A DNA stretch of 64,000 nt from a virus. The notes beneath the pieces are model-generated. The model was not told where the DNA came from, did not search any database, and saw only the letters and a program-made list of their open reading frames with translations. The position numbers and the translations under genes were made by a program. Below, piece after piece: positions 51,714 through 60,068 of this stretch. Where the stretch lies: the IMG/VR virus record IMGVR_UViG_3300020204_000036, positions 1-64,000 of that record. One strand, given 5' to 3'. The stretch's first letter is position 1; each line of letters opens with the position of its first letter.

Positions 51714-52329
51714 TAAGGAAATAATGCAGACGGTGTCTGCATTTTGTGAAGATGAAAATATTAAAGATATTGACAACTTCATGTATCTATGTTTTAAACA
51801 AGGGTTTGATATTAAAAGATATGGACTTTTGGGAAAAACACTTAATGAAGGTGAAAAAGACTCAAAAATAGGTAGTGAAGGAGAAAAACAAGTGGAAATT
51901 GAGGTAATTGTTGAAAAACGAGTAGAAATACCGGTTGAAGTAATAAAAGAGGTAGAGAAAATTGTTGAGGTCATTAAAGAAGTTGAAAAGATTGTTGAAG
52001 TTCCTGTTGAAAAAGTTGTCACAAAAATAGAATATATTAGTGACAAAACAACAGAAGATGAACTTGGCGAAATAATTGTCAAGTTGGAAAATGAAATGTC
52101 TAAAAAAAATGAAGAATTAGACAAACTAAGACAAAGTTTAGACATTTCTAAACAAAATGTGGGTGATGATAGAGTGGCTCTGTTTCAACAAACAATACAA
52201 AAATTGAATGAAGAGATAAGAGAATTAAAAATTAAAAATAAAGAATTAGAAAAAAAATTATCGGAACAACCAAAAGACACGGGGTTTTTAAGGGCTAGGT
52301 TTCACGGGAGTTCCAATCTAAACAGTTAA
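51670..52329 (+). CDS. Coiled-coil protein with V/E/K-rich repeats
   Basis: EVIKEVEKIV repeats followed by a coiled coil. Confidence 0.7.
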   Translation: MKILKMEQKNSKIFSKEIMQTVSAFCEDENIKDIDNFMYLCFKQGFDIKRYGLLGKTLNEGEKDSKIGSEGEKQVEIEVIVEKRVEIPVEVIKEVEKIVEVIKEVEKIVEVPVEKVVTKIEYISDKTTEDELGEIIVKLENEMSKKNEELDKLRQSLDISKQNVGDDRVALFQQTIQKLNEEIRELKIKNKELEKKLSEQPKDTGFLRARFHGSSNLNS

Positions 52330-52340
52330 AAAATAAAAAT

Positions 52341-52682
52341 ATGAGTATTGTAGTTTGGTTTATTTTAAGTTATGGTTTAATGAACATAATGGTTTATGGT
52401 TCAATCTTTCGAGGATTAAGGAATTTTTTCAATAAATGGGGTGAAAACAAGGATGCACCTTTAAATTCTTTAGGTGAGTTTATATCAGGAATAATATCTT
52501 GCCCTATGTGTTTTTCTACTTGGGGAGGTTTTGTGCTATCCTTATTGATTTATTCACCAACAAATGCTACTTTTAACACACCCTTATGGTGTTCTTGGTT
52601 TTTTGACGGAATACTATCATCAGGGGCAGTTTGGGCAATCAACGCAATTGTTGAGTGGTTCGAACAAAATAGACCAAAATGA
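52341..52682 (+). CDS. Membrane protein with CxxC (DUF1360-like)
   Basis: Three hydrophobic segments, SCPMCFSTW. Confidence 0.65.
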   Translation: MSIVVWFILSYGLMNIMVYGSIFRGLRNFFNKWGENKDAPLNSLGEFISGIISCPMCFSTWGGFVLSLLIYSPTNATFNTPLWCSWFFDGILSSGAVWAINAIVEWFEQNRPK

Positions 52683-52831
52683 AAAAAGTAAAGTTTGTAT
52701 ATTCGGATACAATCCAAGAATCAATTATTTTTTATGATGATTTATTCTTAGGTGGGAAAAAAGTTGTGCAAATTTTTGAAAATGGCATTACTGGTTATAC
52801 CTCAGTGAAACTTGTAAAAATTATAAATTAA
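52679..52831 (+). CDS. Small hypothetical protein (50 aa, not in ORF track)
   Basis: MKKVKFVYSDTIQESIIFYDDLFLGG...; ATGA overlap. Confidence 0.5.
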   Translation: MKKVKFVYSDTIQESIIFYDDLFLGGKKVVQIFENGITGYTSVKLVKIIN

Positions 52832-52836
52832 ATAAC

Positions 52837-53097
52837 ATGGGAAAAAAAGCAAAAGAACACAGAGCAAAAGTTCAAAAAAGAAATCAGAGAGTAGAACAAG
52901 AAAAAAACATTTTAAAAAAAAAATGGAATGAAATGTTTGAAAAAAAAATGGGAGAGTTACAAGAAAGTTTTTCTGAAATGAGTGGAGACACTGAATCAAA
53001 TGAAGAGGAGTCGGCAAAAATAAACAAAGAATTTGAACCTGAGTATGATAGTGCGGGTTTCACAATCGAAGACAGAGAATTACCGACTGAAGAATAA
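52837..53097 (+). CDS. Hypothetical protein, basic N-terminus and acidic C-terminus
   Basis: 86 aa ORF. Confidence 0.65.
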   Translation: MGKKAKEHRAKVQKRNQRVEQEKNILKKKWNEMFEKKMGELQESFSEMSGDTESNEEESAKINKEFEPEYDSAGFTIEDRELPTEE

Positions 53098-53099
53098 AA

Positions 53100-55472
53100 A
53101 TGGATTTATTCAATCCACCAAAACAGTACAATTACAATATTATGATTAAAGACATTGATTTTTCAAAGTTTGCAAATCCTACTATACAAGTGGTTTGGGA
53201 AGACTTTCCTGAAAACTTCACACAAGATAAAATCAAGTCAGTTAAACACTATTTCACAAAGAAATATAACACAAACAATGTGAATGTTTTAACAAAGGCT
53301 AAAACAACAAATGAAGAAGAAACACAAAGTATCGATGTTTCAGTTAATATATCTGACGAAAACTATCAATTGGGGTTAATTAAACAATTTATAGACATTA
53401 AAGAATTATCATGTAATTTGGATGATGTGTTAACCATCAATAGGATTGTTGAAAATAAAATAGTAGAAAAACAAGAAGAAACCACAAAATTTAAAAAGTG
53501 GTATATTAAAAACATTGAGTTTTCAAACTTTTTATCTTACGGAGAAAATCAAAAATTAAATTTTGAAAAACTTAATGGTATTGTAGTTGTTGAGTCAGAC
53601 CCACCTAACTTTGGTGGCAAGACCGTTTTATCTGTGGACCTATTAATGTTTTTGTTTTTTAATGAAACCACAAAAACAACAAAGGCTGAAGAAATATTCA
53701 ACAGGTTTACGACAAAAGATAAAGTCCATGTTAGAGGCGAAGTTTCAATTGATGGTGAAGATTATATCATCATTAGAAATATTGAACGAAAGATTTCCAA
53801 AAAATGTGAATGGAATGTTAAAACCGATTTAGACTTTTTTAAAAAACTATCTGATGGAAGTTTGCAAAACTTTACAGGAGAACAAAGAAGAGAAACTGAA
53901 GCGTTTATAAAATCATCTATTGGAACAAAAGAAGATTTTTTGATGACCATTCTCACAACAGCATCAAATCTTGAAGAATTGTTGGAAGCAAAACCAACAG
54001 CAAGAGGTCAAGTCTTATCAAGATTTATGGGTCTTGAGTTTTTAAAAAAGAAAGAAGAGGTCGCCAAGGAAGTCTATAGTGAGTTTTCTAAATCTAAAAT
54101 GTCTAATGTTTATTCTTCACAACAATTAAAAGATGATATTATCTCAAGTGAAGAAAAGATAAAAGAAATTAAAAGTCGAATTGAAGAAAAAGTTTTAGAA
54201 CTACAAAGTGTAGAAGATGCCATTACAAAAGGAAAAACTTATCGCGATGACATGTTAAAAAAAAAACATTCCAATATAGACAAAGAACTATTACTTTTAA
54301 ATCCAACCAAAACCCAAGAAGAAATCAACACAATTGATTTCGAAAAAAAGGGTTATATTTCCAAAATCAACGAACTTAAAGTTGTTCAACCAAGTGAGTT
54401 TTATAACGAAGACAAACACGATGAGGTTAAAGAACAACACAACAAAGTTTATAAAGAGACTGTTCAAATTGATACAGAAATTACATCAATAAACAAATTA
54501 AAATGTGAAGTGGAAGGTGGAATTAAATGTGAACACTGCGGAATTGAGTTAATGAGTGCTGCAATTACAAACGCTAAAATTGCAGAATTAGATGGGTTAA
54601 TCGTGCAAAAAACCACAAAAACAACACTTATGAAAGATTTATTCGGTAAAGAACAAAGTTTTGTTCAACTAAAAAAAGAGTTTGATGAATATGAAAAAAA
54701 CAAACTAATTAGAGAAAAGTATGAAGTAAGTGTGGAGTCTTGTGATTTAAAAATTGAAAACCTTAAACAAAAAATTAAAAGTTGGGAAGAAGTTCAAGAT
54801 AAGATACAAGAAAATCAAAAAATTGAGTCTATGTTAATAAAGGCCGATTTAAGATTAGATGAACTTGAAACACAAAAAAATAATATAAATAATACAATAT
54901 CCAACAACAAATTCAGTATCAATTCTATTGACGAAAAAATAGAAAACAACAAAAAATTGATAATAAGAATTCGAGAAGAAGAAGAAAAAGAAAAAATATA
55001 CAAAATATATTTGGAGTTATTCGGTAAAAATGGTATTTCAAAAATGATAATGAAAACCATGATGCCACTAATAAATTCAGAACTTCAAAGGTTAATGGAG
55101 GATAGTTCATACTTCAAACTTGAAATTAGAATTTCAGATAAAAATGAAGTAGAGTTTGTTATGATTGATAACGGAACAGGTATTGAAAAATTGATGGTTT
55201 CTGGTTCAGGATTTGAAAGAACAATTGCGGCGCTTGCTCTTCGTTCGGTGTTAAGTAAGATATGTAGCCTACCCAAGCCCAACGTGATTGTGTTCGATGA
55301 GGTATTTGGAAAGATTTCTAATGATAACCTTGAGATGGTTTCTGAGTTTTTTATTAAAATTAAAGAATACTTTGATAAAATTTTTATTATAACTCATAAT
55401 CCACTCGTGAATCAATGGAGTGATAGTGTTGTGAAAATAAAAAAAGAAAATAATGTGTCGAAAGTTTTGTAA
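53100..55472 (+). CDS. SbcC/Rad50-like ATPase (gp46-like)
   Basis: IEFSNFLSYG, NFGGKT, coiled coil with CEHC zinc hook, GSGFE, VFDEVFG, IITH. Confidence 0.9.
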   Translation: MDLFNPPKQYNYNIMIKDIDFSKFANPTIQVVWEDFPENFTQDKIKSVKHYFTKKYNTNNVNVLTKAKTTNEEETQSIDVSVNISDENYQLGLIKQFIDIKELSCNLDDVLTINRIVENKIVEKQEETTKFKKWYIKNIEFSNFLSYGENQKLNFEKLNGIVVVESDPPNFGGKTVLSVDLLMFLFFNETTKTTKAEEIFNRFTTKDKVHVRGEVSIDGEDYIIIRNIERKISKKCEWNVKTDLDFFKKLSDGSLQNFTGEQRRETEAFIKSSIGTKEDFLMTILTTASNLEELLEAKPTARGQVLSRFMGLEFLKKKEEVAKEVYSEFSKSKMSNVYSSQQLKDDIISSEEKIKEIKSRIEEKVLELQSVEDAITKGKTYRDDMLKKKHSNIDKELLLLNPTKTQEEINTIDFEKKGYISKINELKVVQPSEFYNEDKHDEVKEQHNKVYKETVQIDTEITSINKLKCEVEGGIKCEHCGIELMSAAITNAKIAELDGLIVQKTTKTTLMKDLFGKEQSFVQLKKEFDEYEKNKLIREKYEVSVESCDLKIENLKQKIKSWEEVQDKIQENQKIESMLIKADLRLDELETQKNNINNTISNNKFSINSIDEKIENNKKLIIRIREEEEKEKIYKIYLELFGKNGISKMIMKTMMPLINSELQRLMEDSSYFKLEIRISDKNEVEFVMIDNGTGIEKLMVSGSGFERTIAALALRSVLSKICSLPKPNVIVFDEVFGKISNDNLEMVSEFFIKIKEYFDKIFIITHNPLVNQWSDSVVKIKKENNVSKVL

Positions 55473-55496
55473 ATGAATTTATTTTAGGTAAGTTTG
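55466..55496 (+). promoter_or_regulatory. Bacteroidota-type -33/-7 promoter
   Basis: TTTG(55466)-N19-TAAGTTTG(55489). Confidence 0.6.
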
Positions 55497-55527
55497 TTTC
55501 ATATTAAAACAACGTCAAAAGATATTT

Positions 55528-56118
55528 ATGATAAAGAAAAAAACAGAAATGAAGTCAGAAGGAAAACAATATATGTTATTCATGTTTGGTGATTTTGCAG
55601 ACAACGAAACCTTTGTTACTGACGTATCATATCAACTAGTCACAGTTGTGAGTTCTAAATTTATGAAGTTTAACTATGGTGAGTTTGGTATGGTTATTAA
55701 TTTCAGAACAAAAGAAACTTTTGAAGACTTAAAGGAGTATATTGATATGTGTATGAATGAAGTGGTTGAACAATACTTCTTAATGGAAGTTACTGCAAAC
55801 ATGGACATAAAAATGGACCAAAAATTGAAGAGAGATTTTTTAAATATAGACGGAGTAAAAAAACCAACCAAAACTAAAGGAGTAAGTAAAGATGATATAT
55901 CAGAAGAAAAAAAGAAAAGAATAAGCGGAATGATGGAATTTATTTTCCCTCTAACAGAGGACATGATTAAATTCCCATTTTACAGAGAAGAAAAAAAAGA
56001 GAAACCGACAGTAGACCAGATTTTAGATAAAATATCAGAAAAAGGAATAGAGTCATTAACTGAGGAAGAAAAACAAATATTAGACAATTATGGAAAGAGA
56101 GAAGACCGAGGAAATTAA
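55528..56118 (+). CDS. Hypothetical protein with C-terminal DUF6576-like helical motif
   Basis: VDQILDKISEKGIESLTEEEKQIL; start may be ATG 55549. Confidence 0.6.
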   Translation: MIKKKTEMKSEGKQYMLFMFGDFADNETFVTDVSYQLVTVVSSKFMKFNYGEFGMVINFRTKETFEDLKEYIDMCMNEVVEQYFLMEVTANMDIKMDQKLKRDFLNIDGVKKPTKTKGVSKDDISEEKKKRISGMMEFIFPLTEDMIKFPFYREEKKEKPTVDQILDKISEKGIESLTEEEKQILDNYGKREDRGN

Positions 56119-56905
56119 ATCCACAAATCCAATTAACCAAGACGAAATTCAACTGTATCTAAAAGACATCCGAAAATTAAAAGTAATGACACCTGAAAGG
56201 GAAAAGTTGCTTTCACAAAAAATTTCAGATGAAAGTTGTACAGAAAGAGAAAAAGAGTTAATCTATAAAGAACTCTTAGAAGGTAATTTACGATTTGTTA
56301 TTACCGTTGCTAAACAATATCAAAATCAAGGAATTGACCTATCTGATTTAATTGCTGAGGGTAATTATGGTTTGTTAAAGGCAATTAAGAATTTTGATTG
56401 GACAAAAAATAATAGATTTATTTCATATGCCGTTTGGTGGATTAAACAATCAATTTTACAATCCTTAAATGACAATTCAAGAACGATTAGACTTCCGGTC
56501 AATGTTGTTCAAGACATGCATAAAGAGAAAAAAGAATTGGAAAAAACAAATGGTGAACTATCCGCTAAATTTGCATCACTTCCAAAGATTGTTGACTTAG
56601 ATATGCACATTAATGAAGATGGTGATACTTTAATTGATGTTATTAAAAATGACGGAGCGTCATTACCTGATGAAATATTTTCAACACAAGACACATTAAA
56701 ACAGAAAATGAATGACATTATGTCAATGTTAGATTCAAGAGAAAAAATAATTGTTGAAGATTATTATGGTATTTCAGGAACACCAAGAACTTTGGAAGAC
56801 ATCGGTTCAGATTTTGGTTTAACTAAAGAAAGAGTTCGTCAAATTAAAGAAAAGGCTCTTCGTAAACTTAGAAATGAATGTTCATATTTATTTGAATATT
56901 TATGA
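56090..56905 (+). CDS. RpoD/sigma-70 family RNA polymerase sigma factor lacking region 1.1
   Basis: YLKDI, NLRFVITVAKQY, DLIAEGNYGL, FISYAVWWIKQSI, RTIRLP, TLEDIG..LTKERVRQIKEKALRKLR. Confidence 0.95.
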   Translation: MEREKTEEIKSTNPINQDEIQLYLKDIRKLKVMTPEREKLLSQKISDESCTEREKELIYKELLEGNLRFVITVAKQYQNQGIDLSDLIAEGNYGLLKAIKNFDWTKNNRFISYAVWWIKQSILQSLNDNSRTIRLPVNVVQDMHKEKKELEKTNGELSAKFASLPKIVDLDMHINEDGDTLIDVIKNDGASLPDEIFSTQDTLKQKMNDIMSMLDSREKIIVEDYYGISGTPRTLEDIGSDFGLTKERVRQIKEKALRKLRNECSYLFEYL

Positions 56906-56912
56906 TAAAATG

Positions 56913-56944
56913 TTTGGCAAATGCCAACTTTTATATTATCTTTG
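56913..56944 (+). promoter_or_regulatory. Bacteroidota-type -33/-7 promoter driving ncRNA 1
   Basis: TTTG(56913)-N20-TATCTTTG(56937). Confidence 0.65.
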
Positions 56945-56949
56945 TATCA

Positions 56950-57092
56950 CAAACGACGAGAGATATCCTCAAGTTTGTCGGGAAGCTTACTCCTGGGGTC
57001 GTAAGTCGTCGAGACACCGCGGTTAGTGTGTCGGGTTTAAAATCCTCAAGTCGTACTGAAAAATTAAAGGGTGAGTTTTTCTCACCCTTTTT
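56950..57092 (+). ncRNA. Unassigned structured RNA 1 (about 140 nt)
   Basis: GC-rich island bounded by promoter and terminator; closing stem 56953-64/57042-54; hairpins 56985-57006 and 57010-57033. Confidence 0.6.
57066..57092 (+). terminator. Intrinsic terminator
   Basis: AAAGGGTGAG-ttttt-CTCACCCTTT followed by TT. Confidence 0.85.
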
Positions 57093-57105
57093 GTATTTAT
57101 ATAGT

Positions 57106-57642
57106 ATGAAACTATTATTCACATTAAAGAATATAATTATAAACGAGCAAAATAACAAACCTAGAGGAACTACGATATTTTCTACAGTATCAAACGATAA
57201 ACTTATACAGTTAAAATCGACTTACCACCAAAGAAATGAAAGACATGGAAATGAAACATATAAAGAAATAGTTGATAAATACAACGATTTTTTATATACC
57301 AAGAAATCAAAGTTTAGACAACCACCAAGATTTGCGGTTCCTGATACCATGATTAAAAATTTTTTCAGTGATAATGTTGATAAAATATATGGAGCATTTG
57401 AAAACGAACAACCAAAAAATAATAAAATCATTTTTGTTCACAAAAGAAAAAACAACGAAGATGAAGAAAATTTTGACTTTATTGAAGTTCTATTACAAAA
57501 AGACGGTAATTTTTTTAATATCATCACTTCATCATTTTCTAAAGATGGTCAATTTTTGAAAACTAAAAGAGAAGATGATAACGCGCAAAGAGTAAGAGTT
57601 GAACAAAAAAGAATTGATAATTATATTGTGATATATATTTAA
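57106..57642 (+). CDS. Hypothetical protein, possibly a BECR/RelE-like endoribonuclease with head-protein-like leader
   Basis: True start probably ATG 57106 after TATTTATA (57094); MKLLFTLKNIIINEQ leader; STYHQRNERH and C-terminal beta-meander ending NIITSS. Confidence 0.55.
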   Translation: MKLLFTLKNIIINEQNNKPRGTTIFSTVSNDKLIQLKSTYHQRNERHGNETYKEIVDKYNDFLYTKKSKFRQPPRFAVPDTMIKNFFSDNVDKIYGAFENEQPKNNKIIFVHKRKNNEDEENFDFIEVLLQKDGNFFNIITSSFSKDGQFLKTKREDDNAQRVRVEQKRIDNYIVIYI

Positions 57643-57644
57643 AA

Positions 57645-57776
57645 TATGGGTTGAACCGAGATTACCCATACAACTCGGCGGAATGGGACACGAAGCTCTC
57701 TGGGTGAAAATCCCCAATTCTACATGAATGATAGAATGAAACCACACTACCCCCATTGGCGCTCGTGGGGGTTTTT
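57645..57776 (+). ncRNA. Unassigned structured RNA 2 with H-type pseudoknot
   Basis: TATGGGT/ACCCATA stem; loop CCGAG pairs with downstream CTCGG; GGGT-GAAA-ATCC tetraloop hairpin; ATTCTA/TAGAAT stem; terminator. Confidence 0.6.
57749..57776 (+). terminator. Intrinsic terminator
   Basis: ACCCCCAT-tggcgctc-GTGGGGGT followed by a T-run. Confidence 0.8.
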
Positions 57777-57812
57777 ATTTATCTTTAGTATTTATTAATT
57801 ATAGTTGATGTT

Positions 57813-58967
57813 ATGAAAGATAAAATGTTACCTTGGTTTTTACTATTTTGTGCGATTGGATTATCAGGAACTGCGGCCTATTATAGTGTGGTCGGTTTAT
57901 CTGTGGTTTTTGTTGGTGTTGCAATTCCTGTAATTATTTTGGGTTCATTTTTGGAACTATCTAAAATTGCAATTGCTACATATCTTCACGACAAGTGGAA
58001 AGAAACATATGGAGGGTTAAAAATATATATGACAATTGCTCTTATAACTTTATCAATTATTACATCTTTAGGGATTTATGGATTACTTAGCACAGGTTTT
58101 TCTGCTAACATTTCTAAATTGGAAATTAATGGTAAAAAAATTAAAAACATCGAAATAAAAAAACAAAGATTTGAAGAAATCAAAAAAGAATACCAATCTG
58201 AAAAAACCATTTTAGATAAAGATATAACAAATCTAAGAAACGCTCTATCATCAAACACCACTACACAATCAATTGATAGGAACTCAGGTCAAGTCATTAC
58301 AAGAGCAAATGCCGGAAACAGAAAAGCTTTTGAAACACAACTCAAAGTTGCTCAACAAAATAGGGACATTGTGTCCAATAAAATCGAATCATTAAATGAC
58401 AGTATCACAAACTTAGAGATTGAAATATTAAATTTAGAGTCTGCTGAAATATCAGGAAACGAACTTGGGACAATTAAATACATGAGTGAGTTACTAGATT
58501 GGGATATTAAAAAAACTGCAAATTTATTCATATTAATATTAATCTTTGTTTTTGACCCATTGGCGATTACTTTAGTTATTGCAACAAATCAAGCTTTTAA
58601 ATCAAATAAAAAAAACGAAGAGACCCCTCAAGTCACCCCTCAAGTTCAAGAAGATATGAATGACCCTTTTGAGGAATATTTTGAAAAACACATAGACTTT
58701 ATGGATGAAGACATCTACGAAGATGACTACGACGAAAATATCGATTATTTAGATGAAAATTTTTACCAAAGAAGTGAAGAATCAGTAGAAAATGATGAAA
58801 TCATTAATGTAGATAACGATTATGGTATTTTCGATGATTATAAGCCAAACACCGTTGAAACTGAAAATGTAGTTGAAAACAAAACACCACAACCAAACCC
58901 TGTAATTAACAGAAGACTTTCTTATACAAAAAATGATACAGGAAATTTCAAAATTAATAGAATATAA
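57813..58967 (+). CDS. Membrane protein: 3 TM, long coiled coil, TM, acidic tail
   Basis: Hydrophobic helices at the N-terminus and FILILIFVFDPLAITLVIA; TATTTAT at 57776 and 57789. Confidence 0.75.
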   Translation: MKDKMLPWFLLFCAIGLSGTAAYYSVVGLSVVFVGVAIPVIILGSFLELSKIAIATYLHDKWKETYGGLKIYMTIALITLSIITSLGIYGLLSTGFSANISKLEINGKKIKNIEIKKQRFEEIKKEYQSEKTILDKDITNLRNALSSNTTTQSIDRNSGQVITRANAGNRKAFETQLKVAQQNRDIVSNKIESLNDSITNLEIEILNLESAEISGNELGTIKYMSELLDWDIKKTANLFILILIFVFDPLAITLVIATNQAFKSNKKNEETPQVTPQVQEDMNDPFEEYFEKHIDFMDEDIYEDDYDENIDYLDENFYQRSEESVENDEIINVDNDYGIFDDYKPNTVETENVVENKTPQPNPVINRRLSYTKNDTGNFKINRI

Positions 58968-59541
58968 CGTCTTGTTTCAAAACGACAACAAACGTCAAAT
59001 AATATTGGCTGACACTAAAAGGCCCTACAAAAATTATATACAGTCATTAATCAACAGATATAATAAAAAAAATCCCTACTTACCAAATTATATAATAAAT
59101 AAAAAAGGTGAGATTTTTATGGTTACAGAACCAAACACGTATTCTAAATTCATGAACAATCAAAGTTTAGATAAAAATTCAATAGTAATAGTTTTAGAAA
59201 ATCTTACTTGGTTAAAAAAAATACCAATAGAACTTCAATATTTAAACTGGATAGGTGATATTTATAAAGAGAAAGTTTTTGAAAAAAAATGGAGAGACCA
59301 ATTTTTTTGGGACCCCTATAGTCAAAAACAAATTGAAAGTTTGGTTTTATTAACACATGATATATGTGAAAACTTTGGCATAGAAAAACAAACAACAAAA
59401 ACAAATGTCAAGTTACATGGTGTTGAAAACTTCAATGGAGTTACAACAAAAAGTAATCACATATCTAATTGTAAGGATATAAACCCTTCTTTTGATTTTA
59501 AAAATTTTGAAAAATTATTAAACGAGTATGAACCAATATGA
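58933..59541 (+). CDS. Amidase_2/PGRP-fold protein, apparently lacking catalytic residues
   Basis: QIILADT, PNYIINKKGEI, SIVIVLEN, YSQKQIESLVLL..ICENFGI, KDINPSFDF. Confidence 0.7.
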   Translation: MIQEISKLIEYNVLFQNDNKRQIILADTKRPYKNYIQSLINRYNKKNPYLPNYIINKKGEIFMVTEPNTYSKFMNNQSLDKNSIVIVLENLTWLKKIPIELQYLNWIGDIYKEKVFEKKWRDQFFWDPYSQKQIESLVLLTHDICENFGIEKQTTKTNVKLHGVENFNGVTTKSNHISNCKDINPSFDFKNFEKLLNEYEPI

Positions 59542-60067
59542 TGAAATTAAAACGTTGTTGAAAAGGTCAAGACTTTTACAAGAACAAGTGGGCCCCACAA
59601 ATTTGGCAAAAAGCATTGAAGACAACATCGTACAAGACGAAGAAAAAGAAATTGATGTTGATAAAGTTAAAAAAGACAAAAGCAAAACCTATAGAATATC
59701 AGGAGGTCTTTTAACTCTTCACGGAAAAGATAAAAAAGATTTGGAACTTACAAGTGATGAAAAACAATCTTACCAAGAAACAATGGAAGAGTTTGTTGCA
59801 GAAGTGTCTGACCTTTCTGACTTTGGTGTTTTAAATGTATATAATAACTCTGTGCAGTGGAGCGGTAAAATAGTTGATGCCGACATTGAGTTTTTCTATT
59901 CTATTGGTGAAAATAATGGTGTTTATATAAATGGAGATATGATAAAACTAGACCAAGAATTGGTAGATTTAACAACTAAGTTAAAATCTTTTTTTGAAAA
60001 GTTTAAAAGTAAATGGGCTAAAATTATTTCAGTAAGAAAGAAAACTAAATTTACAGAAGAAGAATAG
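59528..60067 (+). CDS. Hypothetical, probable head-associated protein
   Basis: N-terminal DEIKTLLKRSRLLQEQ motif. Confidence 0.6.
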   Translation: MNQYDEIKTLLKRSRLLQEQVGPTNLAKSIEDNIVQDEEKEIDVDKVKKDKSKTYRISGGLLTLHGKDKKDLELTSDEKQSYQETMEEFVAEVSDLSDFGVLNVYNNSVQWSGKIVDADIEFFYSIGENNGVYINGDMIKLDQELVDLTTKLKSFFEKFKSKWAKIISVRKKTKFTEEE

Positions 60068-60068
60068 T

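Noticed and set aside
56902-57105. 68-aa N-terminal extension of ORF 56902..57642
   Set aside because: Spans a promoter, a structured RNA and a terminator; ATG 57106 has its own upstream motif
57638-57690. -1 frameshift (TTTAAAA plus pseudoknot) or stop readthrough at the end of the 57106 gene
   Set aside because: The heptamer is out of frame and has no spacer; readthrough meets TGA four codons later
57660-57690. HDV-like/theta ribozyme suggested by GGCGGAATGGGAC
   Set aside because: Only about 10 nt lie between the candidate P2 strand and J4/2, leaving no room for P3, P1 and P1.1
57700-57716. Cobalamin/FMN riboswitch suggested by GGGTGAAAATCCC
   Set aside because: The other conserved boxes of those riboswitches are absent
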